64,000 nucleotides of DNA from Mobula hypostoma. Its lineage: Eukaryota. This document shows positions 26,385 through 38,130 of the stretch, one piece after another. The DNA is taken from contig NC_086118.1 of NCBI RefSeq assembly GCF_963921235.1, positions 25,422,001 to 25,486,000 on the forward strand, written 5' to 3'. Each line of letters opens with the position of its first letter. Position 1 is the first letter of the stretch. Under the pieces are notes generated by a model that saw nothing but the letters and a program-made list of their open reading frames with translations, was not told the origin of the DNA and did no database searches. The position numbers and the translations under genes were made by a program.

Positions 26385-27520
26385 AGTGTTTAATACCATC
26401 ATTCCCACAATCCTGATTGAGAAGTTGTAGAACCTGGGCCTCTGTACCTCCCTCTACAATTGGATCCTCAACTTCCTAACTGGAAGTTCACAATCTGTGC
26501 AGATTGGTAATAACATATCCTCCTCGCTGGTTATCAACACTGGCACAGCTCAGGGATGTTGAGTGCTTAGTCCACTGCTCTACTCTCTTTATCCACATGA
26601 CTAAATACCACCTATAAATTTGCTGACGATACAACCATTGTTGGTAGAATCTCAGGTGGTGACGAAAGAGCGTACAGGAGTGAGATATGCCAACTAGTAG
26701 AGTAGTGCCGCAGCAACAACCTGGCACTCAACGTCATTAAGACGACCGAGCTGATTGTGGACTTCAGGAAGGGTAAGATGAAGGAAAACATACCAATCCT
26801 CATAGAGGGATCAGAAGTGGAGAAAGTGAGCAGGTTCAAGTCCGTGGGTGTCAAGATCTCTGACACCTGGTCCTAACATATCAATGTAGTTATAAAGGAG
26901 ACAAGACAGTGGCTATACTTTATTAGGAGTTTGAAGAGATTTGGCATGTCAACAAATACACTCAAAAAGTTCTATAGTTGTACTGTGGAGAGCATTCTGA
27001 CAGGCTGCATCACTGTCTGGTATGGAGGGGCTACTGCACAAGACCAAAAGAAGCTGCAGAAGGTTGTAAATCTAGTCAGCTCCATCTTGGGTACTAGCCT
27101 ACAAAGTACCCAGGACATCTTCAGGGAGCGGTGTCTCAGAAAGGCAGCATCCATTATTAAGGACCTCTAGCACCCAGGGCATGCTCTTTTCTCACTGTTA
27201 CCATCAGGTAGGAGGTACAGAAGCCTGAAGGCACACACTCAGTGATTCAGGAACAGCTTCTTCCCCTCTGCCATCCGATTCCTAAATGGACATTGAATCT
27301 TTGGACACTACCTCACTTTTAAAAAAATATACAGTATTTGTTTTTGTACATTTTAAAATATATTCAATATACGTATACTGTAATTGATTTACTTGTTTAT
27401 TTATTATTTTTGTTTTATTTATTATTTTTTTCTCTGCTATGTTATGTATTGCATTGAACTGCTGCTGCTAAGTTAACAAATTTCACAACACATGCTGGTG
27501 AACCTGATTCTGATTCTGAT
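26385..27520 (+). mobile_element. Rex1/Babar-like LINE, 3' part, degenerate
   Basis: Remnants LSPLLYSL, KFADDTTIVG and LKRFGMSTNTLKKFYSCTVESILTGCITVWYG; (CTGATT)n tail at 27503-27520. Confidence 0.8.
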
Positions 27521-27975
27521 ATTGTGTGCAGCTCCGGTAGCCATATTATATAGGAAGGATGTGATTACGCTAGAGAAAGTGCAAGAAATATTCTCAATGT
27601 CACGGGAACTGGAGGCCTTGAGTTATAAGGAGAGTTTGGATAGACTGGGACTGTTTTCCCTGGATTAAAGGAGGCTGAGGAGTAATCTAATAGAGTTTAA
27701 GAAACATAAGAGCCATTGATAAAATAGTCAGTCTTCTTCCCAGGATAGAAGAATCTGAAACAAGAGGGCATGGTTTAGGGTGAGAGGCAAAACATTCTAA
27801 GGGGCCCTGAGAGGCAAGTTTCCCACACAAATGGTTGTGGATATATGGAATGAGCTTTCAATGATGCAGAGGTGGGTACAATTACAATGTTCAAAAGATA
27901 TTTGGGACAGATACAGGAAAGGTTTAGATGGATGTGGAACAAGTGCAGGCAAATGGGACTAAGTCAGGAAGGCAC
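27521..27975 (+). mobile_element. Old CR1 3' fragment
   Basis: Degenerate SYKESLDRLGLFSL / TRGH / WNEL-type sequence. Confidence 0.7.
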
Positions 27976-28666
27976 AAGTAGTGCTCCTTTGAAATTATTT
28001 ATCAATCCTACTAAACAGTTTACCTATTGTAGAAAAAATATTACTGTCGAAAAGACCCGTTTATTTTTGTTTGGCGATGATTGTAATAACCCGTTCACTG
28101 AAATCAAGATGCTGCGCAAAAGGTAAATACCCTATTTTGTCCAGAGGGCGGTGGTATTACCTTAATTTAAGTGAATGGTCTTATTTGCTCCAAAGTTGGC
28201 GCTATAATCTTTCACAGTCGTCACATCCTGTAACCTTGTGAGCGGTTGTTCAGTGCCGTTACAGGAGGTAGTTCAGTGTAGTCAATATTCAAAGTTGTCA
28301 CGACTTTGTATCGGAGAGAACTCTATTTTTTAAAAATTCTCTTTATCAGGGTAAAATGTTAATTTATGGGAGCATAGAAAGCAAATAGAAGACTCGAACA
28401 CTGGCAGACAAGAATTTGATATGGTTTATCAGATTTTTAAAATTAGTTATACTCAATCCACTTTACGTGATGGGAGTTTTATAGGAAAAATACATTAAAT
28501 GTAGCCATTGAGGTGGAGTTGTGGAAACGAGGTTTCAACGGCGAAGCGAGGTTAAGATTCTTTTGAATGTGGGTTATAGTGAAGATGCAATGTTTTCATA
28601 TTTGAATTATAAAAATGTAATTTTTGCAATTTAAGGAATGTAATGCATTTTAGTAGCCAATATTAG

Positions 28667-29036
28667 CGTAGCGGTTACTTGAAAACAAACCCAGACCGGT
28701 GAAAGACAGAGTACAGGAAATAACACGCTTCCAGAATACGATAACTAAGTCCAAGTCGAAAAAACTACGTTTGATCCTTTATTAGGAAACCAAAGATGAA
28801 TGGTCTTATAGCGAAATAAGCGTAATTAAACGTATTTAGCAGTCAACAAAAATCATCAGTCCCCTGTTGCCTCTCAACTAGACTAAACTAAGTAAAAGAA
28901 AGCGTGAATACGTAACTATACTTATTTGCTTCAACACGCCTAACCCACGTGACAAATTACCATAATTCATAATTAACACGCAACAGGGCACAAAATACAA
29001 TACGGACAAGCAGAAAATAGATACATGGCTCCTACA
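28667..29036 (-). mobile_element. Solo LTR (370 bp) with 5-bp TSD
   Basis: Plus-strand termini CGTAG...CTACA (TGTAG...CTACA with one change); ATTAG on both sides (28662-28666, 29037-29041); minus-strand AATAAA at 28778-28783. Confidence 0.7.
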
Positions 29037-29535
29037 ATTAGTAACCAAGATTTTAATGATATAGTTAAAAATAGTACTTAAAATGAAAAGTCCTTAATCC
29101 AGTATATTCTTGGTTACTTGCATGGTAATCTAAATATTTGTATTTCTTTTTAGTATTTAATAGAACTGCTTGACATTATTTTTGTAAATCTCAAGTCCAC
29201 ATGGTAATATCTATTATAGCATAGACTTTGGTATTATAATGTTGGACTAAATTTAAACAAGTCAGAAGATGGATTATTAGTCATCTAGGGTTATACCCTT
29301 AATGCTTTATGTTCTGACATTAATTCCTTCTTAGAATTTACAATGGCTTTACATTTGAAGTATTGCCAAAACAGCGAACAAATAAATGTAACAGGATGAC
29401 ATTGTGCTGCTTGATAATCACAGAACACCACCTAACAAATTAGGATTGAATCATCAGCAAATTTGATTTTTTTAAAACTCTACTTCAAAGGTTCATTTTT
29501 TTTATCAAAGTATACAACTCTGAAATTCTTCCAGA

Positions 29536-30680
29536 ATTGGGGGTAAGGTATTGGGGGTAAGGTATTGGTGTGGGTGGAGAATTGGTTAGCAGACAGGAAG
29601 CAAAGAGTGGGAATAAACGGGACCTTTTCAGAATGGCAGGCGGTGACTAGTGGGGTACCGCAAGGCTCAGTGCTGGGACCCCAGTTGTTTACAATATATA
29701 TTAATGACTTGGATGAGGGAATTAAATGCAGCATCTCCAAGTTTGCGGATGACACAAAGCTGGGTGGCAGTGTTAGCAGTGAGGAGGATGCTAAGAGGAT
29801 GCAGGGTGACTTGGATAGGTTGGGTGAGTGGGCAAACTCATGGCAGATGCAATTTAATGTGGATAAATGTGAAGTTATCCACTTTGGTGGCAAAAATAGG
29901 AAAACAGATTATTATCTGAATGGTGGCCGATTAGGAAAAGGGGAGGTGCAACGAGACCTGGGTGTCATTATACACCAGTCATTGAAAGTGGGCATGCAGG
30001 TACAGCAGGCGGTGAAAAAGGCGAACGGTATGCTGGCATTTATAGCGAGAGGATTCGAGTACAGGAGCAGGGAGGTACTACTGCAGTTGTACAAGGCCTT
30101 GGTGAGACCACACCTGGAGTATTGTGTGCAGTTTTGGTCCCCTAATCTGAGGAAAGACATCTTTGCCATAGAGGGAGTACAAAGAAGGTTCACCAGATTG
30201 ATTCCTGGGATGGCAGGTCTTTCATATGAAGAAAGACTGGATGAACTGGGCTTGTACACGTTGGAATTTAGAAGATTGAGGGGGGATCTGATTGAAACGT
30301 ATAAGATCCTAAAGGGATTGGACAGGCTAGATGCGGGAAGATTGTTCCCGATGTTGGGGAGGTCTAGAACGAGGGGTCACAGTTTGAGGATAGAGGGGAA
30401 GCCTTTTAGGACCGAGGTTAGGAAAAACTTCTTCACACAGAGAGTGGTGAATCTGTGGAATTCTCTGCCACAGCAAACTGTTGAGGCCAGTTCATTAGCT
30501 ATGTTTAAAAGGAAGTTAGATATGGCCCTTGTGGCTACAGGAGTCAGGGGGTATGGAGGGAAGGCTGGGTTCTGAGTTGGATGATCAGCCATGATCATAA
30601 TAAATGGCGGTGCAGGCTCGAAGGGCCGAATGGCCTACTCCTGCACCTATTTTCTATGTTTCTATGTTTCTATGTTTCTA
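29536..30680 (+). mobile_element. Young 5'-truncated CR1 LINE, near-identical to the 3' half of 19693-22136
   Basis: 336-aa RT ORF 29565-30575; (TTTCTATG)n tail 30651-30680. Confidence 0.95.
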
Positions 30681-31157
30681 TAATAAATGAACTGTCGGTC
30701 TTACAATGACTGCAGAACGACTACAATAAAAGTTCTTGTCTTTAGAATAGTCCACGTGGGGACAACAGCAAATCAACCAAGTAACTATTTAAAAAGTTTT
30801 CTGAAAACACTTCTAAATCCCTCAGTTGTGACTGAAGGCTGCATTCACAGCTATCGCAAAGAATTATCATCTGGGTTACAAACTGGTTCAGATTGGTAAA
30901 TCTCACTCTAGTAAGGATCTCAGACACGATTGTTAGGACCCAGCTTTGCCCAGCTCCTATTTACTTGCATGTGAGTATGAGATTACAAGGTGCAGCACAT
31001 GGAGTTCCATCGAATGGCCTTGTCACACCTGAAAGGTTGACTCCATCTCTTTCCAGCTATGCTGTCTGATTTGCCTTGTTCTCAGGATTTTCCGATTTTA
31101 TTTCAGATATCCAGGTTCTGCAGTACTTTTGTTTTTCATATTATTAGATTAGGTCTG

Positions 31158-31585
31158 TCAACACAAAATAATCTGCAGATGCTGGGGTCAAAGCAACACT
31201 CACAACATGTTGGAGGAACTCAGCAGGTCGGGCAGCATCCGTGGAAAAGATCGATCGACGTTCGGGCCCAAACCCTTCATCAGGACTGTAGAGGGAAGGG
31301 GCAGGGCGAGAAGATTTAAACTTCTTCAGGTTAGGCATACCTCGAAGAGACTTTGCAGTGGAGTACCAAATCGTAAAAACAAAATAATCTGCAGAAGCTG
31401 GGGTCAAAGCAACACTCACAACATGTTGGAGGAACTCAACAGGTCGGGCAGCATCCATGGAAAAATCAGTCAACTTTTCGGGCCAGAACCCTTCATCAGG
31501 ACTGAAGAGGGAAGGGGCTCTGCCCGAAATGTTGATTGATCTTTTCCACAGATGCTGAGTTCCTCCAGCGTGTTGTGAGTGTTGC
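31158..31585 (-). mobile_element. Non-coding PLE-derived element: two tandem hammerhead-bearing repeats plus a short inverted arm
   Basis: Perfect 14-bp TSD ttagattaggtctg at 31144-31157 and 31586-31599; repeat units offset by 216 nt. Confidence 0.8.
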
Positions 31586-32604
31586 TTAGATTAGGTCTGC
31601 CTGTTCCCCAACTGGTCAAAATTATCAAGTGTAAACAGTGTAAGCAGAATAATGTAAAATTGCTAATGGAAAAAAATCGGTGCTGCCTAACATCTGAAAT
31701 GAGAGCAGAAAACCTGTTTCGGAAATGAGAGAGTGATAATAAAAAAGATGTATAGAAAACATGCCGGCATTTAAATTAATAGCACAGAATCTTTCTTACA
31801 CCCTCTTAGGGAATTATGAAAGCCAACATGTTTGACAAGGTCAGCCTAAATAAGGCATTAACATCCCTGGAATGGGGCTTGACCCTGTGATTTATGTCTC
31901 TTGAACTCAAAGGCTGGGTCGAGTTTCCTTGGTAATGGGTAAGATGCTATTATATTTCCCTTGAAGATAGTTATCATGAATAATCTTTAAATGCCAAAAG
32001 CTAAAGGATTAAATTTGACTCTTACAGCACAAAGCTAGTGATTGTGCAAAATCTCTCAGCACCAGAACCTCTTCAATTCTGATGTGTACATTTATATGTA
32101 ACAAAATAGACTGAATAAAAAGTTTTGCTTCTAGATTTGAAAACCATTCAGGACTCAAAATGAGAATATATTTTACTTAATTGTATTTAAATATTTCTTC
32201 TTTTGAAATTCTTATATGTGTATTAGATGGTAGATAATAGCTAATTTGTATGTTAAGCTAGTGTTCATTTAAACTGCTTTACAGAGAGAACTATGCCAGG
32301 TTAAGACCACAAGACATAAGAACTGAATTAGTCTATTCAGCCCATCGAGTTTGCTCTACCATTCCATCACGTCTGATTGATGCATTCTGATGCAGCATTA
32401 GAAAATGAAGAAAGATTGCAAAGAGTTGTGTGACTTACACAGCCTTGCTTCAGACAAAATACACGCAGTAATGCTCCTTCCATTCCAGTTTCCAGAAATA
32501 TAAGCAATCTCCACCTCACATTTGTGCTTCAACTCAATATTTATGTTTTATTCTACAAAAGAATATTTAAAATCCATACTTTATCTAAAAGCATGGAAAA
32601 TCAC

Positions 32605-34624
32605 CCATCCACTGCTACCAACCTTATAGTTCCCACACCCCGCACTTCCCGTTTCTACCTCCTACCCAAGATCCACAAACCTGCCTGTCCTGGCCGACCT
32701 ATTGTCTCAGCTTGCTCCTGCCCCACCGAACTCGTTTCTGCATACCTCGACACTGTTTTATCACCCCTTGTTCAATCCCTTCCGACCTATGTTCGTGACA
32801 CTTCTCACGCTCTTAAACTTTTCGATGATTTTAAGTTCCCTGGCCCCCACCGCTTTATTTTCACCATGGATGTCCAGTCCTTATATACTTCCATTCCCCA
32901 TCAGGAAGGTCTCAAAGCTCTCCGCTTCTTTTTGGATTCCAGACCTAATCAGTTCCCCTCTACCACCACTCTGCTCCGTCTAGCGGAATTAGTCCTTACT
33001 CTTAATAATTTCTCCTTTTGCTCCTCCCATTTCCTCCAAACTAAAGGTGTAGCTATGGGCACCCGTATGGGTCCTAGCTATGCCTGCCTTTTTGTTGGGT
33101 TTGTGGAACAATCTATGTTCCGTGCCTATTCTGGTATCTGTCCCCCACTTTTCCTTCGCTACATCAACGACTGCATTGGCGCTGCTTCCTGCACGCATGC
33201 AGAACTCGTTGACTTTATTAACTTTGCCTCCAACTTTCACCCTGCCCTCAAGTTTACCTGGTCCATTTCCGACACCTCCCTCCCCTTTCTAGATCTTTCT
33301 GTCTCTGTCTCTGGAGACAGCTTATCCACTGATGTCTACTATAAGCCTACTGACTCTCACAGCTATCTGGACTATTCCTCTTCTCACCCTGTCTCTTGCA
33401 AAAACGCCATCCCCTTCTCGCAATTCCTCCGTCTCCGCCGCATCTGCTCTCAGGATGAGGCTTTTCATTCTAGGACGAGGGAGATGTCTTCATTTTTTAA
33501 AGAAAGGGGCTTCCCTTCCTCCACTATCAACTCTGCTCTTAAACGCATCTCCCCCATTTCACGTACATCTGCTCTCACTCCATCCTCCCACCACCCCACT
33601 AGGAATAGGGTTCCCCTGGTCCTCACCTACCACCCCACCAGCCTCCGGGTCCAACATATTATTCTCCGTAACTTCCGCCACCTCCAACGGGATCCCACCA
33701 CCAAGCACATCTTTCCCTCTCCCCATCTCTCTGCATTCCGCAGGGATCGCTCCCTACACAACTCCCTTGTCCATTCGTCCCCCCCATCCCTCCCCACTGA
33801 TCTCCCTCCTGGCACTTATCCGTGTAAGCGGAACAAGTGCTACACATGCCCTTACACTTCCTCCCTTACCACCATTCAGGGCCCCAAACAGTCCTTCCAG
33901 GTGAGGCATCACTTCACCTGTGAGTCGACTGGGGTGATATACTGCGTCCGGTGCTCCCGATGTGGCCTTTTATATATTGGCGAGACCCGACGCAGACTGG
34001 GAGACCGCTTTGCTGAACATCTACGCTCTGTCCGCCAGAGAAAGCAGGATCTCCCAGTGGCCACACATTTTAATTCCACATCCCATTCCCATTCTGACAT
34101 GTCTATCCACGGCCTCCTCAACTGTAAAGATGAAGCCACACTCAGGTTGGAGGAACAACACCTTATATTCCGTCTGGGTAGCCTCCAACCTGATGGCATG
34201 AACATTGACTTCTCTGACTTCCACTAAGGCCCCACCTCCCCCCTCGTACCCCATCTGTTACTCATTTTTATGCACATATTCTTTCTCTCACTCTCCTTTT
34301 TCTCCCTCTGTCCCTCTGAATATACCTCTTGCCCATCCTCTGGGTCACCCCCCCCCTTGTCTTTCTTCCCGGACTTCCTGTCCCATGATCCTCTCGTATC
34401 CCCTTTTGCCAATCACCTGTCCAGCTCTCGGCTCTATCCCTCCCCCTCCTGTCTTCTCCTATCATTTTGGATCTCCCCTTCCCCTTCCAACTTTCAAATC
34501 CCTTACTCACTCTTCCTTCAGTTAGTCCTGACGAAGGGTCTCGGCCTGAAACGTTGACTGCACCTCTTCCTATAGATGCTGCTTGGCCTGCTGCGTTCAC
34601 CAGCAACTTTGATGTATGTTGCTT
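32605..34624 (+). mobile_element. Penelope-like retroelement (Neptune-type), 5'-truncated, RT plus GIY-YIG ORF open to 34227
   Basis: FYLLPKIHK..GRPIVS, TMDVQSLYTSIP, QTKGVAMGTRMGPSYA, FLRYIND, Cys-rich linker CKRNKCYTC, GVIYCVRCSRCGLLYIGET; hammerhead motif at 34524-34559 with GUU triplet. Confidence 0.93.
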
Positions 34625-37112
34625 ACTTCTATATGTCCATTTAGAAACGGTTGAGGGCATTTCTATGCCGTCAGAAGTAGGTATGTTAAATACATTTTGA
34701 TATAACTATAATAAAATCAATGCTATGGCCTATTTCTTCCTAAAGCATAGCAATTTGATATTAGTAAGAACAAGTTTAATGGTATAAATTTGCTCATTAG
34801 ATTACCCCCATTCAAGAATTCTTATTCTGGGGTAGTGAAAGGTTGGAAGGAAGCAAAGTGTGCTTTTATTTTTGTGAGCCTGTTATGATACCAGTTATGG
34901 ACTTGGATGTATTCCTGGGACAGGATGGTAAAATCAGTCAAACTTCAGTTGGATGTAAAAAGTTGGTTAAAATAGCTGAAAAGGATCAGGGTGTTCTATA
35001 GTCTCCCAGCCAATGTTCAATCAAGCTCAACAGAAAGAAGTCGACTGATGGTTGTTCCAGTTGGCACACCCTATATCAGATTGAATAGATTTGTCCAGAA
35101 TGCCAGGTACTTGTGCAGATCAGTAAATTATTGCCCAAGGAGCACTGGGAATATTACATAAATACAAGTTAGCTGTAGTTGCCAAATTGGCTTTGGTTAC
35201 ATCTTTGCTCTGAAGTGCCTCTTTTCCTGCCATCCATCAAGCGTATTGTGTTCAAGCAGGAACAAATAAGGCTGATAGAAGTTAAGCATCCTCAGGAAAG
35301 ATTGACATCTTCCCAAAAGATATTCTTTTTAAGTGGGAGACATGACTGGTAAGGGTTTAATAGAACCTAAGATATGGTAGTGGAAAACAAAATGTCAGGT
35401 TATCTTTCTAAAGAAGTTGTGCTCTGCCCTCCAATTATATGTTTTGTTAAATTGTGTCTGAATGTTACTTGGCAGCCAACTCAGACAAAGTTCACATTCA
35501 ATCCAAAGGCAGTTTCTTCTATCCTTTTGCCATTATAGATCATTGGTCAACCGACAACTGATAATTTTCTACTTACAACCTGGCTTCTAACTTGATGGCT
35601 ACAACATTCACTGGGTACAAGCAAAATACTTAACCTCAAAAACATGGAAAACATATTACTGTTGTCTCACTGGACCCAATCACGTTGTTTTGACCACATT
35701 TGGAATTTTTACATGTTTTTAAAAAATAATTCTGATATTTCTGAGTACTCAAAAATAGATGCAGTGATCAGAGATGTAATTTTAGCCTCAGTATCTAAAA
35801 CAATGAGGTGGATTAGGACAATGTTCAATTTCAGCAGTGTTTATGGTTATACTTCTAGTGGGAGATTTATATCGCTTCTCCTTTGCTCTGTCTCAAGAAG
35901 AGACGATGTCAATGTGGCCAGCATTGTGTGGTAGCAAACATTAGACAATACAAGAGCACATCAGGGACTCAGGTTTAATGGAATTGTCTGAATGGTACTG
36001 TATGCCCCAGATCTGATGTTTCACAGCATCTTTCTGAGGACCTTTTTATACATCTTGGGTAAAGTCTAATAAAAGCTTGCATCATATTTGGATTGTTATA
36101 CTAAACATAACTAAATCCCCAAAAAGATTGAAATACTTTGCCACTTAAACAACATAAGGAGACAGAAACTGAGTTAATGTTTCATATTGCATAACAACAT
36201 AGGAAGCCATTCCGTCTCTCTATGGTAACTCTTGGAACAATCCCATTGTATTGTATTCCCCTGACCCTTATTTTGTCTCACACGATTATTAAAACCTCAC
36301 TCCAGTTCTCCATCTACTCTAGGGACAGTTTACAACCCACCTGACAACCAGTGCATCTTTTGGGAAGCTGGAAGAAAGCAAACTAACCAAGGGAAGCACA
36401 TGGTCAAATGGAGGCCATGCAAACCCACATAGATAGAACCAAGCCTGGGTCAATGGAGATGAGAGTTGACTCCACCAACTGCCTTGCCAATGGGCCAGCT
36501 TTTAGGAAGGATACTTAACAATAATCTAGTGGAGATTATCAGCAATAAAAACTTTGTCAGAACAGACTTTCAAGACATTTGTAAACAAAAACATACAGCA
36601 CAATATAGGCCCTTCGGCCCACAAAGCTGTGCTGAACATGTCCCTACCTTAGAACTACCTAGGCTTTACCCATCCCCTCTATTTTTCTAAGCTCCATGTA
36701 GCCATTCAGGAGTCTCTTAAAAGACCCTATTGTTGACAAAAGCTGGCTAAAACTTCTAATCAAAGACCTATTAACTGGGTTTCTCGGTAATATGGTATGG
36801 TCAATTTCTGCAGAGTAGCATCTCTTCATTATCCTCTAAATCACTACGCTTAGGTTTTTAAAAAAGTGAGAAGGGAGAAAAGAGATCGCGTTTAATAAAA
36901 ATAAACTTGCTTCACGAGGATGTTTGGTGTCTAGAATGTGCTGCAAAGCGAGCTATTAAAAAAAGAAATGATAGCAACATTCAAGAGGTACGTAGACAGA
37001 CTCATGAAACAGGTAGGGAAAAGGAAACTTTACACGGGCTGAAGGATTTTTGTTATATTGTCATCATGACTGGCACAGGCATAAGGGGTCAGTCTCTGTG
37101 CTCCACTGTTCT

Positions 37113-38130
37113 GTTCAAAGTAAATTTATTATCAAAATATGTACATGTCATCGTATACTACCAAGATTCATTTTGCTGCAGGCATTCACAGCAGAAAAAG
37201 AAATATAGTAAAATCAATGAAAATCTACACTCGCCAAAGACCGTCAGACAACCAATGTGCAAAAGACAACAAACTGTGCAAATATGAAATTAAACAATAA
37301 ATACAAAACATAAATATTAATAAATAAATAAGACTGAGAACATAAATAGTCAGTTCTCATGAAGATGGCAGCAGTGAGCAAATAGACCAAGGGTACTATG
37401 CTCCAGATGGTTCACAAAACTACTTTTTTCACATCGTCTTTTCTTTCAAATGTGGCTCTGCTACCGTTGGAGCCTGTGACCTACATTTTGGTGGTGTGTT
37501 TTCAGGCTGATTGTGAGATCTGGTGCTTTGCTGTCTCCATGGTTGTTCGGTGAGGTTTTGAGAGAAGCAGTGTGGCCTCAAGGCCAAGAAGCCTGGAGAT
37601 GGGGTGTGAGTCCATGATCGACTCTACTTGTTGTTCGAGACAAGAGCAGAAGGCCAGCGGATCCTAAGCGCTGTCTACCAGCCTATCACTCACTGCCCCT
37701 GAAAGATCTCCCTGCATTCAAATGGTCTCTTTTCCCTCTTGTTCAATGATGCCAGAGGATTGTGCTGGAGTCCTGGGTCTTGGGCAAGGGGAAACAAAGC
37801 AGTTTGTGCATTGAACTCTGTAGTTCACATTATAATGTGTTTCTGAATGCTCCTTTTTCACTTGCTATTTTGATTGGGGTAGCCTGCAGACAATAAGTGA
37901 CACAGTGCTAGATTGAACTAAACTGAGCTGAAGTGAATTTGTCTTTTGTTTTTTTGCGCGTCTGGCGGGGGTGTTAATGTTTTACTTTGAACAGGGTCCA
38001 CGGTTTTCTTTGTTTCATGGCTGTCTGTGGAGAAGACGAAGCTCAGGGTTGGATACTCCACACATACTTTGGTAATAAACGTACTTTGACGGAGTTGCAG
38101 AGTCCTTGAAAGCGAGCCCATGGGTTGTGT
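37113..38130. mobile_element. Nested non-autonomous LINE-tail elements
   Basis: A minus-strand tail remnant (37113-37357, resuming near 38090) is interrupted by a plus-strand element (~37361-38089) ending ...ctttggtaataaacgtactttga; similar tails occur at 59147-59650. Confidence 0.5.

Noticed and set aside
28028..29036. Larger ~1-kb LTR bounded by TGTAG (28028) and CTACA (29036)
   Set aside because: No TSD at those ends; the 28667-29036 boundaries have a 5-bp TSD.
31158..31585. Repeat-spacer-repeat pattern read as a CRISPR array
   Set aside because: Eukaryotic context, only two ~145-nt units, and clear PLE homology.
32524..32604. N-terminus of the 567-aa ORF (MLQLNIYVLF...MENH)
   Set aside because: AT-rich flanking DNA that happens to be in frame with the truncated PLE; there is no evidence for a domesticated fusion gene, and the RT is YIND.
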